64,000 nt of DNA from Hydrurus foetidus (taxonomy: Eukaryota): assembly GCA_900617105.1 (NCBI GenBank), contig UYFQ01000001.1:496001-560000 (forward strand), written 5' to 3'. This document shows, piece by piece, positions 62,068-64,000 of this stretch; positions within the stretch are counted from its first letter, which is position 1, and each line of letters begins with the position of its first letter. The notes under the pieces are model-generated. The model did no database searches, was not told the origin of the DNA, and saw only the letters and a program-made list of their open reading frames with translations. The translations under genes were made by a program, and so were the position numbers.

Positions 62068-63303
62068 TCATTTGCTGGGTTTCTCTGCCACTATTTTCCA
62101 GCCACCCTCTTCGAGATTCAAAGTCAATTCTTTGCGTGAAAAATCGGTATGCCGGTCAGAGCGGTAATGCTGGCTCAGTTTGACGGTAGCCGTTTTTCCA
62201 TTGGACTGGACGCCACTGACTTTGATTTCCAGCTTGATGTACTGCGCTTTTTCCATCACCGCTTGCTTGCGGCGTGCCCAGGCTTCGCGGGCAGCCCCTT
62301 CAGGTGGTTGAAAGCCTAGACCGTAAGCCGCTAAATAATCGGTGTAAGAGCGCTGTGCCCATGCACGCCCCCAAGCCTCTACCGCCTTCAAGACCTCAGC
62401 TTTGGTCGTATCCCCCGCACCTTGGAGTGCGGCAGGTGTTGCTACTGTCAAAGCGGGGAGGGCCGTACCAGCGGTTGCGGCGCCGTGTGCTTTTGCAGGG
62501 GGCGCAGGGGCTGCCGCCGCCGGTGTTGGCGCAGGTGTGGTTGAGGGAGGTGGGTTGGTGTCGCCAATATCAGGCACCATCAATGACAAGCGGTCGCGTA
62601 CAGGCGGGGGAGGGTTGACAATGCGCTCTTTGGTTATTTTGCTTGGCCGCGCATAGGGTGCGGATGGGACTGCGTTAACCCCTCTGTCTGAATTGAAGGA
62701 GGTATTGCCCGCTGACAAGTAAGGCGCAGACGTGTCAGCCACGATTTTTTCCAAAGCTTGAAGCTTGCGCTGCGTTACCGCATCTCCTGGCTTTAGCGTG
62801 TTGGCTTTGCCCAGTGCCGCCAGTGCGAGTCCCATGTTGACCGAGGCAAGACTGAGCTGGGTCTGGACTTGATTGCCTTGCAGTGCATCAGACTGAAGCA
62901 GCATTTGTCGAGACTCCTCCAGTCGCCCCAAGCGGGCATAGAGCGAGGCTAAGTTGGCGTAGGGCGCAGGTTGCTCGGGGAACGTGGTTCTCAGGGCTTC
63001 AAACACCTCAAAAGCAGCTTGTAGCTTGCCCAATTCAAACAATAAAACACCCTTTTGTAGCAAAAGTTCTGGATTTTGCGGATCTTGCAGCAGGGCTTGG
63101 CTCAGCGCGAAGAGCCGACGTTCGCTGGCATCCACGTCCAATCCTGGGTTGGGTTTGCTGTCTGCGATGTCTGCACGCGCACCTGAAGTCGCGCCCAGCG
63201 CGGGCATAACGCACACCACTGCCAACAGTGCAGACGCTAAGCTTGAAGATACCCTGGCCTTACAAATTGAATACAACGCAGACTCCTGCTTGGGGATACC
63301 CAT
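62068..63303 (-). CDS. Exported TPR protein with Pro/Ala linker and C-terminal NTF2/SnoaL-like domain
   Basis: Signal-like N-terminus, TPR (FPEQPAPYANLA.LYA..G), PAPT-rich linker, W.RAW..R..Y, Q.Y.SD...D..RK.L......WKI..E. Confidence 0.75.
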   Translation of the reverse strand: MGIPKQESALYSICKARVSSSLASALLAVVCVMPALGATSGARADIADSKPNPGLDVDASERRLFALSQALLQDPQNPELLLQKGVLLFELGKLQAAFEVFEALRTTFPEQPAPYANLASLYARLGRLEESRQMLLQSDALQGNQVQTQLSLASVNMGLALAALGKANTLKPGDAVTQRKLQALEKIVADTSAPYLSAGNTSFNSDRGVNAVPSAPYARPSKITKERIVNPPPPVRDRLSLMVPDIGDTNPPPSTTPAPTPAAAAPAPPAKAHGAATAGTALPALTVATPAALQGAGDTTKAEVLKAVEAWGRAWAQRSYTDYLAAYGLGFQPPEGAAREAWARRKQAVMEKAQYIKLEIKVSGVQSNGKTATVKLSQHYRSDRHTDFSRKELTLNLEEGGWKIVAEKPSK

Positions 63304-63316
63304 GATTTAAAAGAGA

Positions 63317-63336
63317 AAGGCTTTGTCGAAAGCCTT
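63317..63336. promoter_or_regulatory. Perfect inverted repeat in divergent EPS promoter region
   Basis: AAGGCTTT-GTCG-AAAGCCTT, 14 nt upstream of TPR gene start. Confidence 0.35.
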
Positions 63337-63583
63337 AAAGCCGTGAGCTTAAGCGACAACAAAGTGAACTCTTGTGAATTTCGTCTTACAACTTTGCCCT
63401 CACCAAGGCGGCAGCAAAACTTTTGTTGTCTAATTCAAGAATTTCACCTCCGCATGTCGGTTGCAGCATGGTCGGCATTGTGAAATGTTTATTTTCGGGC
63501 AATGCGTCAAATGCCGATTTCGACTGTCGGTATACCCGCTCGAAGGTGCAGAGATGAAACGTTTTAGAACATCAGGATAAAAA

Positions 63584-64000
63584 TTGAGTGAATTTGTTTC
63601 CCTTGTGCTGTTGTGCATGCGGTGTTTGACCGCCACGGCTGTTGTGTTGCTTGGCACAGGTGTGCAGGCGCAGTCACAGCCACGCGCCATTAACTTGCCG
63701 TTAGCCAGCCAATGGGTTCCCGCTCGGGCTCAGCCATTGACAGTTTTACCGACCGTCACTTCTATAAAAGGGGCTGGTACAGCGACGACTGTCGTTGGGG
63801 GTGTTCGCCCTGTGATGTCTGCAAACAACACCAGCCCTACCGTCACATCACCGTCGGCTGCTGCGGCTACTTCAGCGCAAGACCGCTTACTGGTCGGGGT
63901 GGGGGATCAAATTTTCATCACCGTGTTTGGCCAGCCTGATATGTCAGCTGAAGTTACCGTGAACGATAACGCGCAGGTCACGTTGCCCTTGATTGGCAAT
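63584..64000 (+). CDS. Polysaccharide export protein (Wza/EpsE-like), 3'-truncated by window edge
   Basis: Not in ORF track; open frame from TTG 63584 (AGGA RBS) ends LLVGVGDQIFITVFGQPDMSAEVTVNDNAQVTLPLIGN, the Poly_export motif. Confidence 0.85.
   Translation, partial: MSEFVSLVLLCMRCLTATAVVLLGTGVQAQSQPRAINLPLASQWVPARAQPLTVLPTVTSIKGAGTATTVVGGVRPVMSANNTSPTVTSPSAAAATSAQDRLLVGVGDQIFITVFGQPDMSAEVTVNDNAQVTLPLIGN

Noticed and set aside
63651..63666. Sigma-54 promoter (TTGGCACAGGTGTGCA)
   Set aside because: GG-GC spacing is 9 rather than 10 and it lies inside the wza-like frame
63712..63939. 75-aa Cys-rich ORF
   Set aside because: Alternative frame of the polysaccharide export gene

Overview
High-GC betaproteobacterial chromosome segment; gene order and protein style suggest Comamonadaceae (Rhodoferax-like), which is an inference. 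Positions 1-14.1 kb form a lithoautotrophy block: the 3' part of an H2-sensing [NiFe]-hydrogenase large subunit (hupV/hoxC), an inserted ParE-type toxin-antitoxin pair, a short HupT/HoxJ kinase apparently lacking its PAS domain, a LysR gene, a small-protein/nucleotidyltransferase pair, and a Calvin-cycle operon cbbY-E-F-P-T-Z-G-A divergent from cbbR that has neither RuBisCO nor phosphoglycerate kinase. The block ends at a degenerate 3' half of a long-variable-arm tRNA (Ser-like), a likely old att scar. The middle is mostly core genome (argD-argF with a 1-bp frameshift in argF, porin, rpsT, murJ, purM, hda, pcnB, folK, pit, rpsP-rimM-trmD-rplS, rsgA, orn, DEAD helicase, suhB, trmJ, cysE, mog, yjgA, pmbA, rpsU) with small accessory patches. 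The right end begins an exopolysaccharide cluster. A ~56-bp AT-rich palindromic repeat family recurs between genes, supplies stop codons to two genes and seems to survive in frame in others. No rRNA, intact tRNA, CRISPR array, transposase or integrase was seen. All family assignments come from motif recognition, not database searches.
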